Shown here one piece after another: positions 1-12,400 of a DNA stretch of 64,000 bases. The DNA comes from Amphiscolops sp. MND2022 (Eukaryota): assembly GCA_964187785.1 (NCBI GenBank), contig OZ076409.1, positions 37,326,001-37,390,000 of the forward strand. The letters run 5' to 3'. Numbering within the stretch: the stretch's first letter is position 1; every line of letters begins with the position of its first letter. The position numbers and the translations under genes are program-made. The notes beneath the pieces are model-generated. The model did no database searches. It had not been told where the DNA came from and saw only the letters and a program-made list of their open reading frames with translations.

Positions 1-129
1 TCTCCCCAAGAATTTATGCAGTCGTTCGTTTTCGAATTTCAGCAGAACTACGAAATTGACACAACTCATTCCACTTGTTGAAAACTTTTTGTGAGTCTTA
101 GGCGGGCCAGCGACTTGGTATCTGGTATA

Positions 130-3100
130 CTTTTGTTGAAACAATCAAGTCTTCTAAAAACCAATTCGATCGAAATGTATGCAAACAAACCGGCGGACAA
201 CTTAGTCAGAAATTAATGCTTGTTTGCTTGAGTGACAAACTAATCTCAAAAACACTTGTTTCTTTTGAAACGTGTAAGTTCTGCCACTCGCTCCAATTCT
301 TCATTTCGTCTTTTGAATGCTTTTCCATGTTCTAGCAACCAATTCCAGACCGCATCCTTCTTTAGAATTGATCGAAATGGAAAACTAATTGATACTAAAT
401 CTGGAACAAATTGGTTGAATTGATTTACTGCTCCGACGAACGATCTTATTTCTTTTGAATTCAATTGCCTGAGCTTTTCTGTCATTCCTTGCACTTTTGA
501 AGTATTGTCCGAAATGCCTGAGCCTGTCAGTTTGAAAACAATCCACTCAATCTCATGCTTTGCGAAATTACTTTTTCCCGCCTTTTACTGTAATTCGGAC
601 TCATCGGTTTTTAGACGTTCCCGCTCTTTGTCTATAAGTTTATAGTCGGCGCATTTTAGTAGAAAATGTGCCCGACTCTTACAGTGGGTAGTTTTTTAGA
701 CGCGTAAGGTCCACTTTTTTGTTCATTTGTTCAACAACGTCAAACATCAACAACTTCGAACCTCAAAAACTCGAACCTCAAAAGCGCGTCCAAAACGAAA
801 AGAAAAAACAAAACACGTGTAGAATTTCGTAATAACACTAAGGATCCCCCAAAGCCCTACTTTTTTTCGGCACTATGCGACTTTTTTTGAAACTTTTTGG
901 ATTGCACCAAAGGGTCCCCCCTTCATTTGTTTCGATATTTTGCAACACAATGGATGTCAAAAAAATCCCAAAGAGTCCCCCCTTTTACATTTTTCGGCAC
1001 TGTGACACTGTTCGAAAATCTCATGTTTTACACTTTTTTGGGAAATATTTTCTAGTCCCCAAAGGGTCCCCCCTTCAAATTTTTTCATATTTTGCAACCA
1101 GCTGGAGTTCCACAAAGCCCAAAGGGCTTTTTACAATTTTGAGCCTTAGATATGGCGCCGACTGACTTTGGTCGTTCTCGGCTTGTTTCTTGGTTCTCTT
1201 AGTTACAATTGAAATATCATCAATGAAAACAAACACTGATAATCTAGCTAATGAAATGTCCATTACTTTTGAAATACTGTCGGCATACAGTCAGACCGTA
1301 AAAAATCCAGTGAAAAAACTATACGCAACCTAGATTCCACTCCAATACCTTAGAAGTTAGTATGTTTCCGGTCATTAGATGCAAGGAAACTTGGCCATAA
1401 GCATATGTCATGTTCAACCATGAATACCAAGCTTCTCCATTTTCACTATCCAACTCTGTCGCTACAATATCTCATAGTTTTTCCAGATTTGTCATATGGC
1501 ACTTACTTTTTCCTATTGCTTGGTTCAGAGCTCTGGTATCTAGTGCTATTTTTACCGAATCACTGTAATTACTGTAGCCTGAATGAACACGTAATCTTTT
1601 ATATGATTTACTTTTGTCTCTGGCAGTCTTTCAGCAATCGCTTTATTTCAGAATCTACAGCTTTTTGTAATTAGAATGGACTTCGTCTTCCATTTTTTGA
1701 GCAATTTTTGCGTCTTTCTTCAAGTTTAAATTCTCTTGATGGGGTTTTAAGTTTTAAATTTTCCATTCTTTTTGAACAATTTTTGGATTTCGTTTACAAA
1801 CTTATTGGTTTCTACTCAAAGTTCTTTGTCTTTCTTTATGGAATTAACATCTAGCTCACCTTCAATTGCTGGTTCAAATTTGCATCGCAGCGTGGACGCC
1901 ATGCCCTGCGGATAATTGACCTTGTTCCTTTTCCCGCTACTAGAATACTTGCCTTTTTGATCTATGTTTCACCCACTTGTAGCTCGGAGGATACATATCC
2001 CAGTAAAGTTAGTGGTTTCCCAATAAAGTCACACATACTTTTTGCTGTTTATTATCTCCCGTACTTGTCTCTTCTCACGCTTCATGATTGTCTTCATTTC
2101 ATCTAGTGCTAAAATTTTTACCCAAGACCATGAATCGATCATCGCTTTGAATCTGTTTCCGTTGATGAAACCCTCCACGAAATACTGATACGTATTTTCT
2201 TCGTCGCCTTCCACGTTCAGCACAGCATAGTGTTTTTCATCTCCGTTGTATTCCTACTGGTCGACCAATTGCACTCTTTTGTTAAATTGATCTCGATTGC
2301 CATTGGCTGTAATTTTGCCAAATTTCTCCGCGGTGTCTTTTTTTCTCTGATTTCACACACTTTGAAGGTAGCCTTTTCTGCCGCAATAAAAACACATTGC
2401 CTCTGGTCGTTTGCATAATTTGAAGTGATCAAGCGTGAAATTGCCTGAACCATATCTCCAGCATTCCGTTGTACTCGGCCGACTGCTGCTCACTGCGCAC
2501 ACTTCTTCCTTTATCCGTCTTTCTTGACTGATGTACCTATACTTTTTCTGACGTTTTTAGCCATCGTGGAAAACAACTGTGAATTCTAGTGCATCAAGTG
2601 GGTTGTCCTCTGATTCCATGCAAAGTTTTTCTTGAACGTGCTGAAATGACGTAATTAGAATGAATATGTCGTAAACCATGCCTTCAGTTTGTTTTCCGAA
2701 ATCACACTTTGCTGCTAAACCTTTCAGCACACTCCAAAATTGGCGCATTGTCTCCGATGGCTCCGGTGGTCTCAGATACAGAAACGTATGGCGATCCGCA
2801 GGTCTCTTTCTTCGTATTTGGAAGCATCATTACAATGTTGTAGGAATGCATTCAATTGAATCAGGAGAAAGTTGATTTGGGGGAAGTTATCCATTAGCAT
2901 TTTCCTGCCCGTTTACCAATGGAAATGTAAAGGAGGCTCGTTACTTTCTCTTTTCGCTGGCTCAAATCTAGATTTCTCATCCTTGCGGCATTGCGGAATT
3001 TTTGGATCTTCACGAGTTAATCTTGATAGAAATGGAATGTCGGGCTAGAACAGCGATTTTAAATAACTGTATCCATTGCTCCGTTCGTAAGATGGAGTCT

Positions 3101-3200
3101 TGTCTATTTCCTGCCAGAAGTATTGCCATTTTTTCATCTCCAGGAACAAGAAGCTTCAAGGAGAAATTGGAACACCTCATTCGAGTATCGAGACTTTCGC
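130..3200 (-). mobile_element. Heavily decayed Ty3/Gypsy (Mag-like) retrotransposon D, related to element B; boundaries approximate
   Basis: Minus-strand ORF fragments in gag-PR-RT-RH order: RQFWSVLKGLAAKCDFG (compare B RQFWNELNGLAAKCNFG), KAMIDS protease, VFIDDISIV RT, EIRSFVGAVNQF connection region. Many stops and frameshifts; LTRs not resolved. Confidence 0.8.
628..1187 (+). mobile_element. Non-autonomous Helentron/DINE-1-like insertion interrupting the RT of element D
   Basis: Subterminal inverted repeats AGTCGGCGC (644-652) and GCGCCGACT (1155-1163), a 3' end ...TCTCGGCTTGTT in T-rich context, and internal AAGGGTCCCCCCTT repeats. RT coding sequence resumes on both sides. Confidence 0.55.
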
Positions 3201-4756
3201 GGAGAAATGAAAAATGTGAAAGCTACTTAAACATTGCTAAGTCAATATTTTATGATTTCTGGTCTGAAACATTCAAATTATACCTTAAACACACTTTTAA
3301 CAGATACTATCAAATCACACTTCTGCAACAACTACTTAGAAACGAGTGATCGAGTTTTCCGTGTATGCACAAAATTGCTAGCACATGATTTATCGCTAAT
3401 TTGAGAAATTGAACTTCGATCAAGATAAACTTATTCAATTTCGATACTTTTGCAATTCAAAAACATATATACATGAACCGGCAACAAAAACTTTTTTCAA
3501 ACTTCTTCAACGCTAACGAAAAGGCGCATTAGTTCGGTGCGAACTTCCAATGGAAGCACAGTAAAACTACTTCAGGTCATCGAGATCTTTGGATTTTCAG
3601 TTGGCTCAGTAGAGATTTGCTCGGTAGAGAAAAAGTAACAAAATCCATGGCTTCGCTTGGAGTGGACGTTATATATCTACTTAAAAGCTAACTCGTCAAC
3701 ATAAGTTCAGGTATACTGATATAGATAATCTACCAAATCTAAGAAATGAGGGGCTTCACTAGAAAAATTGGGAACTCTGAGAAATATGAAATACAAAGCA
3801 GTTGATCTCATGTTCAAACAGAAGTGGTTGCTGAGAAACTCCGTGGGGATGCGAAGATTTGCTTTATGAAAGACTTTGCAGGGTGTAATTCAGGCTCCTT
3901 TTAAAAAAGTTCAGAAAAGTTTTAATTTAATTGAAACAAAACGTTAGGCAAAGAAAAAACCTTTTTAAAACTGGGTGAAATATGGGAGAGAACACCTATA
4001 ACAAAACTTCAAGACAGCTGGTGTGAATTTTTTTCACAGAAAACATTCAAAAAGGAAAAAAGAGAAGAGTCAATGCTTGGATTCATATCAACCTAAAATT
4101 AATTTCATGTTTTGTATTTGTAGTGATTTAGGATTAAGGAAAAAGAGTAGCCTGATTCACTCAATTCATTCACACGTTTCATTCTTCGCAAATCTCCATT
4201 GGGAATGAGAAGTAAGCTTCCACAAATTTAAACTCGAAGGATAGAAGCCAATCCTTAAAAATCTACGATGAAAATTTAAGTCCGTAGCATAACAAAAACG
4301 TTGTTGAAGCCTACCGAGAATGCCCAAAGCCGCATTCTGAGAACGAATTACAACGAAAAAGTTGGCGATTCTCTGTTGTTATACTGTAAACCGATTCATT
4401 CGGTATACGTCAAACAAGAAAATTGCCATAACTACACCAGATAATCTAATTTGAGATGCCTCTTGTGTTTACTAACAAGTATGTATAAGCTACTGTTTAG
4501 TTACTGTATTGCTACTGGAAATGAACTACATTTGTAATTACTACAATGTGTTTCAATGATTAAGCTCAATTCAATTATTTTTTTTAAAAAAACTTTCTTT
4601 TAAGCGTTTTCATTTCTACTCGCTTCCAAAATTGGTTCTCTGCGAATACCGTCAGGAGAGCTGAACGACTGTTTCTGCACCCTTTTTGATGGTGATATAC
4701 ACCTTATTTTGTAAATATTAAAATAGTTGATTTTACTGACACCAAATGATTCAATT

Positions 4757-4900
4757 CCCAGGTTGAGCAAGCATTCTCGTCATGTTATGATTATAGTATG
4801 ATCATACTATGATCATGATCATGCAAAGACCGCACCATGGCGACCATGTTTCATAGTATGATCATACTATGGTCATAATGTTTCATAGTATGATCATTTT
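4757..4900. repeat. CATG/ATCAT-rich repeat, probably a fragment of a CCCAGGTTG-ended MITE
   Basis: Starts CCCAGGTTG and is followed by repeated CATAGTATGATCATACTATG units. Confidence 0.45.
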
Positions 4901-6002
4901 ATGAGGAACGATAAATTTTAGATTGAAAATCGAGATGTCGGATATGCCAACCTCCTGTAAACCAAGTTTACAAAATGGTTACCGAATCCTTACGCTGCAT
5001 TTTTAGACACTCAGCTCGTTAGATACACAGTAGCCTTATTTTCATTCCGAAAATATTCTAACAGAAAAACACTAGCTCCATTTAAATAATTTAGTCATTA
5101 AGGCTCTTTGTTGGGCTACTATCGAAGAAAATGGAAAAATGAGTGCAGCGCTTGAGAAAAATAGTTTTGAAAAAATTGAAACTATTTTGTCTTCAGGGAG
5201 TTTTGTTAAAGAATAATCCGTCCAAAACATTGCGTCGTTTTACTCGTTATAATTAATGAACGTGTTTCTGTTACAACCAGGAAAGATGGTAAAATTGTTA
5301 ACCAATTGTTTTCTAGAAGCCATCTAAAGGAGTCATGATCTCATTATAACGAGAATACAGCTAAAAGCCTTCATGTGGTTGTTAACACATCAAGTGATAA
5401 GTATCAAATTTCAGTACTTTCAATGAAAGGGTGAAACAGTATGAAAATTCCACAAGTTTTCTGTTCATTAAACTTGGGGTTTTTTATCGAAAGCAAAACT
5501 ACTTTGAGAATCAAGTTCATTTATATTGACGCAGTGGAAGTAAAAAAATTCTATTAGGTCGATCCATAATGAAGACAGTAATGTATCAAAAATTGGGAAT
5601 TAGTTTGAGAACGAAATGTTGCCAAAATGTGATCCGCTTCAGAGAGAACATACATTATTGGTTTTATTTTAAAAGCAAATCAAACTGAATAAGAGATTAG
5701 ATTGAGAAGGAGGATGGAAGTTATTGAAAAATATTGTTTATTGGAGATTACAAGATTATAAGCAACGTGAGGTATCAATTTGATCTTCTTTCAAACCAGC
5801 GTTGAATATCGCACTGCTTAAATTAAATTCTATTCCAACAATTAATCGAGTGATAAAAAGGATTGTTAAATGTCACAAATGCGTGTTTCCTCAACTGAAA
5901 AACATCTAGGCTTTCATACAAACGGAATAGGAATGTTGAAATGTTTCTCACAAATATTCTAAAAGCGTTCGATTTACAATTTTGAATCAATCAATGGTTC
6001 TA

Positions 6003-6291
6003 CCCAGGTTGTCACGCCATGGCCCGCAATCCATGATTCATCCATGACATGGTCAATGTATGGAAATCCATGAATCATGGATGAATCATGGATGAATCAT
6101 GGATGGAAATCCATGTGCCATATGGCTGAAAAAATTTGAAACGGCCGGTTCCGATTGCCAAAAGTATGACCCTATTTTTGACCACTCTCCATTACTAGAG
6201 CTGAAAAAAATCAAGTTAGAAGCATAATGTCGGACATTCAGTTCAACTGAAAGCAAAGTATTCAGTATTTGAAAATGTCTTTATTCTGGGT
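6003..6291 (+). mobile_element. Partial MITE copy (same family as 26590-27360), truncated by the assembly gap
   Basis: TA|CCCAGGTTGTCACGCCATGG start; colinear similarity with 26590-26915. Confidence 0.75.
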
Positions 6292-6491
6292 NNNNNNNNN
6301 NNNNNNNNNNNNNNNNNNNNNNNNNNNNNNNNNNNNNNNNNNNNNNNNNNNNNNNNNNNNNNNNNNNNNNNNNNNNNNNNNNNNNNNNNNNNNNNNNNNN
6401 NNNNNNNNNNNNNNNNNNNNNNNNNNNNNNNNNNNNNNNNNNNNNNNNNNNNNNNNNNNNNNNNNNNNNNNNNNNNNNNNNNNNNNNNNNN
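6292..6491. other. Assembly gap (200 N)
   Basis: Run of N. Confidence 1.
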
Positions 6492-6870
6492 AGATGAACA
6501 TATCCATTTTTTTTGTGTTTTGCTGAAGAAGAGATTCTTTTCTTTCAGCGCTTAAGTCCAGTGAAACTTGTCTTTGTTTGCCAAATTTCGCCTAGTTGTT
6601 TGTAGATTATAGCTTTTGAAAACTTATTAAACAAGATTCGTTTCGTAGAATTCATTCTCGGAGCCGTAGACTTTACCAATTGACTAATCGGAACCCACAC
6701 AACTTTTCATGATGTGTTCTAAGTTCAGTCAATGATATGATATTTGTGATGAATGAGCAAACGAAGATGAATTTATGAGATGACTACGAGCCGCTTTCCA
6801 GTGTTCGAAGCCATGGAGCTCTTGCCATGATCATGGTTAATCCTGCTAAATCATGGTTAACCATGGTACC

Positions 6871-8309
6871 TGTCACAACCCCACAGTTGTGCTGGAGCTG
6901 TTGGGCAACAACCCTAAACGAGAACAGTTAGGCATCTTCAAGAGAAGGAACAAACAGCTTGATGACCTGAAACTTTAAACATTTCAAACTTTCCCTTCTT
7001 TTGTTTTTTGTTGCTTCAAGTTTCACTTCGCAATTTGGAATTGTCATGTAAATTTCTTAGATTTAATATTTTAACGGTTACAGCTTAACAAGTGCCTAAA
7101 CAATGATGTTTTCACTTTCTGTTGACACGAATGACTATATATAGTCTCAAACTTTCGATTTAGAATGGTTTAAAACTATTTCTGAGCTAATGTTGTGAAC
7201 AGATTGTCATTGACACATTTCTGTGGAAGTTTAATGTTGATAAGTATACGTCACCATGCGGTAATCCGAGTGACGTATATCCTGCGGATTTGCGCTTATA
7301 ACAAGTATTTTTGGTGCTTTTATTTGAGAGTTGATTATGCGTCACTATGCGGAAAACTGGATGACGTATGTGCGGCATGCTACAGTCTTCCAGGGGCTTG
7401 TTGCTTTTGTATAGTTAGATTATTGGAAGTCATGCAATCACCATTTGTAAGTTATAAATAGAATTACGTCACTCTGACGTTAGTTTATTCATAGCATTTT
7501 TGAATTACTGACAACCCTAAAATTGAGTGTCATGCTTTATGATTTTTTCATTTGTAAAAGTTCAGTTTACTTCAGATGAAATTTAACTGGTACCAGAGAC
7601 AGTTGCTTCATAACAGTAAACCCAAACACTGTAAAAGCAGTTTCCTTGATAACTCTTTGTTTCACCGGGATTGTTTTCACAACATTGACGAATAAATTCA
7701 AATTCTTTCTGCACTTTAACCCAATTTCCCTCTTGAGCAAGATGGGAAATAGAAGAAATCGAAGGTCCAGAAGGTTAGAAACTCCGTCCCCGCAGAAAGA
7801 AACAAGCGAAGTACGCATAGAAACTCCAAGTCAAGGTAATGAAACTTTAACTAATGTTAAATTACAAAGTCTAGAAAGTTTAGGTGAAACTGATTTGAGA
7901 CCCAGATTAGTTGAACCCAGCCAAATCAGCAAAGAAATTCAAGCTTGGACTGAGATTTTCGAACAGAAAAACAATGATAGAATCACTAAAATGAGAGAAG
8001 AAATGGAGAACAAATTAGGCGCGATTCTGATGGAGATAAAAACTAGTAAGAGAACATCTATGACAACTGATCCTAGATATGAGATAAACGAAATAGAAAA
8101 TATGCAACCATCGAGATCCGGGGGTAAAAGGTCTTTGGGAGTAAACGCATCTGATAATGAAAATATAGACTCTGAAAAGGAAGATATCCCCCTCAAAGCC
8201 TCAGAAATGAGAGATTTAAGGCATCCCGCTAAACCCATACACCAAAATGATACAACATTAGATGCAACAGTTATCTTTAACAAAGAATCTGATGAGGAGG
8301 ATTACCACA
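6871..8309 (+). repeat. 5' LTR of element A (1439 bp)
   Basis: TGTCACAACCCC...GATTACCACA; direct repeat of 24756-26201. Confidence 0.96.
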
Positions 8310-9487
8310 TGGTGACAGGTGCCAACAAACCACTCCATAGACAAAGCTCTCAAAATACCCAACTTCTAAACGACACCTTAGGATCCCACGCAGACCGCAA
8401 CACTTCTACATCCACAACAAAACCACTTGACCCGGTCAACCAAATTGCCCAGGCTATAGAAAAACTAGCCAATAAAAACTCACAACAATCCTTCTTTCAC
8501 CCTAAAAACACACTCACATTCAATGGAAAAAACGAGAAAAATGAAAAATTCGAATATTTCGATGACTTATTCCACACAACCCTCAAAATGCAGCCAAATC
8601 TCACAGAAGAAATGAAGATCAACCACTTTCATGCACATCTCAGAGGATTGGCGTTAAAAACCTTCAAAAACATCCAGAGAACACCCACAACAACACTGGA
8701 AGACATCCTAAAAGTCTTCCGCCGAAAGTACATCAAACCAGAATCAAGTGCTTCGGCATAACATAGATTTGACCCAGAAAAACCGGGTCACCGACTAACA
8801 TTTCACCGACTAGCATTTGACCGGTTAGATTTCACCGACTAACATTTGACCCAGAAAATCAAAAACTACCCGATTTTTTTGAAGATTTGCAAGAAAGCGC
8901 GGAAAAAGCTTTCGGTGACAATGCACACCATATGATAGAAAATCTACTCTATGCCAAGATGCCACCGCATCTTAAAAAATCCATCAACCAAGCCTATCTG
9001 GAAAATGGCTCATTTGACCAAATCGTCAAACATCTTGAAAGAGAGATGGAACTTATTCGTCTAGAGGCAGACGAAGCCCTTGTCAAAACTCAAATGACCG
9101 TTACGAAAAAAGAACAAAACACTGAAAAACCCAACAAAAAATGACAAAACCAAAAAACAAACTCCGAAAACAGTACCCGACAAAACACTCAAAAATGATC
9201 AATGTCGTTACTGCAAAGATGCCTGCCATATGATGACTGACTGCCCTAAATTAGCTAAAAGACGAAAACTAGAAGAAGACCCGGATGCACCTAAATGTCC
9301 CAATTGCAAGACTCCGGGACACGAGGAAGAAGATTGCTATTTTGGTGCCGATATGGATAATAGGCCACCAAAATGGAACCTAACTGAAGCCCAAAAGAAA
9401 GTTATCGAAGAATACAAGCGAGCTAAAAAGCCAATCAGACCCAGAATCGAAAGAAACCAACAATCCTCGTCGAAGGATTTAAACTAG
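7742..9487 (+). pseudogene. gag: Gag of element A, starting inside the LTR; capsid-like region plus two CCHC knuckles; disrupted
   Basis: ORFs 7646-8761, 8887-9144 and 9230-9487; motifs KINHFHAHLRGLA, CRYCKDACHMMTDC, CPNCKTPGHEEEDC; internal stops and frameshifts. Confidence 0.9.
8310..8322 (+). promoter_or_regulatory. Primer binding site of A (TGGTGACAGG; tRNA identity uncertain, possibly Leu-like)
   Basis: TGG immediately follows the LTR-terminal CA; the same 10-mer follows the 5' LTR of C. Confidence 0.75.
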
Positions 9488-12400
9488 AAACGCCACGACT
9501 TTACACAAAATCAGCACAAAAACCAAACTCCGCCGATGACTGGCAGCATCAACTGAGTCCAAAACCCACAAAAACATCAGCCTTTGACACCGACTCAACA
9601 ACGCAAAATTCTCAACAATCAACACTGGAAACATCACCAGAAGAACTATATGAACTCTTTCAAGACACACCAAACAACTACTTCACAAAACAACCAACCC
9701 ACCCCGAAACAGACCCAAACTTAGACATTCACCACGAATCTCCCATCAAAAACCATGTCACAATAAAAACTTCTTGCGATGATCAAAAACAACCCTTATT
9801 GAATGAAGACCTCTCTGAACACATACAATTTGACAAAGAACGAAATTTATCATGTCTACCAATCTCAACCTCTTTGACATTGAAGCGAAAACGCCATATG
9901 TACTACATTCCAATGGACTTCGAAAAACTCACACTTGATGGTCTTATTGATACCGGAGCCCTTACAAGTGCAATCTCCGAACAAGAGCTCAACAAAATCA
10001 AGTTGCTAGCAAATAAAGCAATAAAAGAAACTGGTCCCCCACCAAACTTTCAAATTATGGTGGCCAATGGACAACTGGAAGTCCCGATTGGTACTGTTCT
10101 ACTTGAATTTGAAGTGGCCGACTTCATGTTGAAGGAAAATTTCATCATTATGAAAAACTTACCAAACCCGTTAATCGGATTGTGTTTTCTCCGCAGAAAT
10201 AACGCAATCTTTGATGTCACCCAAGGCATCCTAACTTTCCCCTTTCAATGCAGCTCAAACCCGACACCCAAACATCAATACGACAAGCAACACCATTGTT
10301 TGCTGAAAATACATATACCTTACAACCAGGCGAAACTCTAGCAATTGCAAGCAGAATGCCCCATCTGATGGACCATGACGCAACTGGAATAGTCACCCCA
10401 TCACATCAGTTTGAAAACCACGATAGCATCTTCATCACTGCGTCACTCAGTACTGTCAACAACAATGCTATCGGATACCAAATCATCAATTTTTCTGATT
10501 TACCATATACAATAACCCTTGATACCCATTTAGCGGATTTCAAGATACTGACACCAGAGCAAATCAAACATATACAGCCAGTGGACCCAGCGTTACTGTC
10601 CTTCATGATACAACATGAGGAAACAACGGACGGCTACATAAACGAACTCCTCAAAGTTCCAAAAACAAACTCAGAACAGGAGTCATACTGGTTCCCTACT
10701 CCTGAAGAACCAGGTGACCCAGCAACATACACTCCATTTCAACAACGAATCTACAACGAAATCCCAGAACTCAAAGAACTTGAGAAACTAAACCCACAAC
10801 ATAACGAAAATTCCAGAAAAACTTTCCTTTCAAACTTCGACTGGACCGACACAACACTCAGTCCTGACGAACGGAAAGAAATTGAAGAAATTCTCATTGA
10901 ATTTCACGATATTTTTGCCAGACACCGTTTTGACATTCGCATAAATCGCGAATTCAAAGTAAAACTAGCGCCAAACGATGAGAGGTCTGCCTATTGCCAA
11001 AATCTGCCAACTCCTATCAATCTCAAAGATGATATTACAGTAGAACTTGCACTCCTACATAAGTATGGCATCATTACAACACTACCTTTTTCTAAATACG
11101 CAAGCCCAATATTTGCACAACGCAAACCCAACGGGCGCCTCAGACTCCTGGTTGATCTAAGGAAAATCAACAATCTCATCACCGAAGAATACGTCAACAA
11201 CAACCAACCAGTAAGCACCCTATCGGACGCAGCCCAACATATGGCAGGGAAAAAGCTTTTCTGCAAATTGGACTGCTCCCAGGCTTACCACTGCCTGCAG
11301 ATGGCGGATTACCAATCCATCCAAATGCTCGCTTTCAATTTTGCAAGTAGAACATTCGCTTATCGTCGCCTTGCCCAGGGTCTCAGCAGATCACTTTCTG
11401 CCTTTTCAAGCTTTATGAGAGAGTACCTGGACAGAGCAATTAAAGCGGACCAATGTGCACAGTATGTCGATGACATTGGCATCGCGGCAAATGACACAAA
11501 ACAAGTCTGTACGAATATCAAAACTGTTTTTGAATGCATACGCAGTGCAGGATTAAAACTCTCCATGTCAAAATGCCACTTCGGACTCAAACAGGTCGAC
11601 TTTCTGGGACGCACAATCGCACCACATGGAGTTGCCCCTCAAGCCGACAAAGTAAAGGACTTCCTCTCAAAACTTCGCTTCCCGAAATCAAAAAAGGCGT
11701 TACAGAGGTATATCGGGTTTCTAAAGTATTACCGAAATTACATACCACGCCTTTCGGAACGGCTCTCACCGTTCTTCAAACTCCTCAAAGAAACTTCCAA
11801 ATTCTATGTACCGACAAATTTGGTAGAAGACTTCGCGAACCTCAACAAACTCCTAGAAAATTCTTGCCAGTTAGCATTAAAACAACCACTGAAAAACAAG
11901 CAACTTATAGTCATGTCCGATGGAAGTTTCACAGCTGCCGGATATGCTATCATGATAGAGGATGACCCAAACCAGAAGCTTCACTCAAAACGCAAAACAT
12001 TTGCACTCATAGCTTTCGGTTCAAAAACTTTCAATCCTACACAGACGAAAATGTCAATTTATGCAAAGGAATTTCTGTCAATATTTTTTGCATTTGTTGA
12101 ATTCGGACACCTCATGAGGGGTAGTACCTTCCCAGTAATCGTGTTTACAGACAATCGATCTGTAACCAGATTTTTCCAACCAAAAATGATCCCTCCAGCA
12201 CTTTGGAATGCCTGCGATTACGTATTGCAATACAATTTCGTGATCGCCCATGTAGCTGCAACAATGAACACTGCTGCTGACTTCTTATCTAGAACGGAGG
12301 TCGACCCAACAGAAAAACTGGAAATGACAATCCGCAACGACATTCACAGGAAAGCGATTGAAGTGAATATTCAATCAACTGGCATCGTTGAAGAAGAACA

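Noticed and set aside
6262..6526. ORFs spanning the N run
   Set aside because: Artefacts of the assembly gap.
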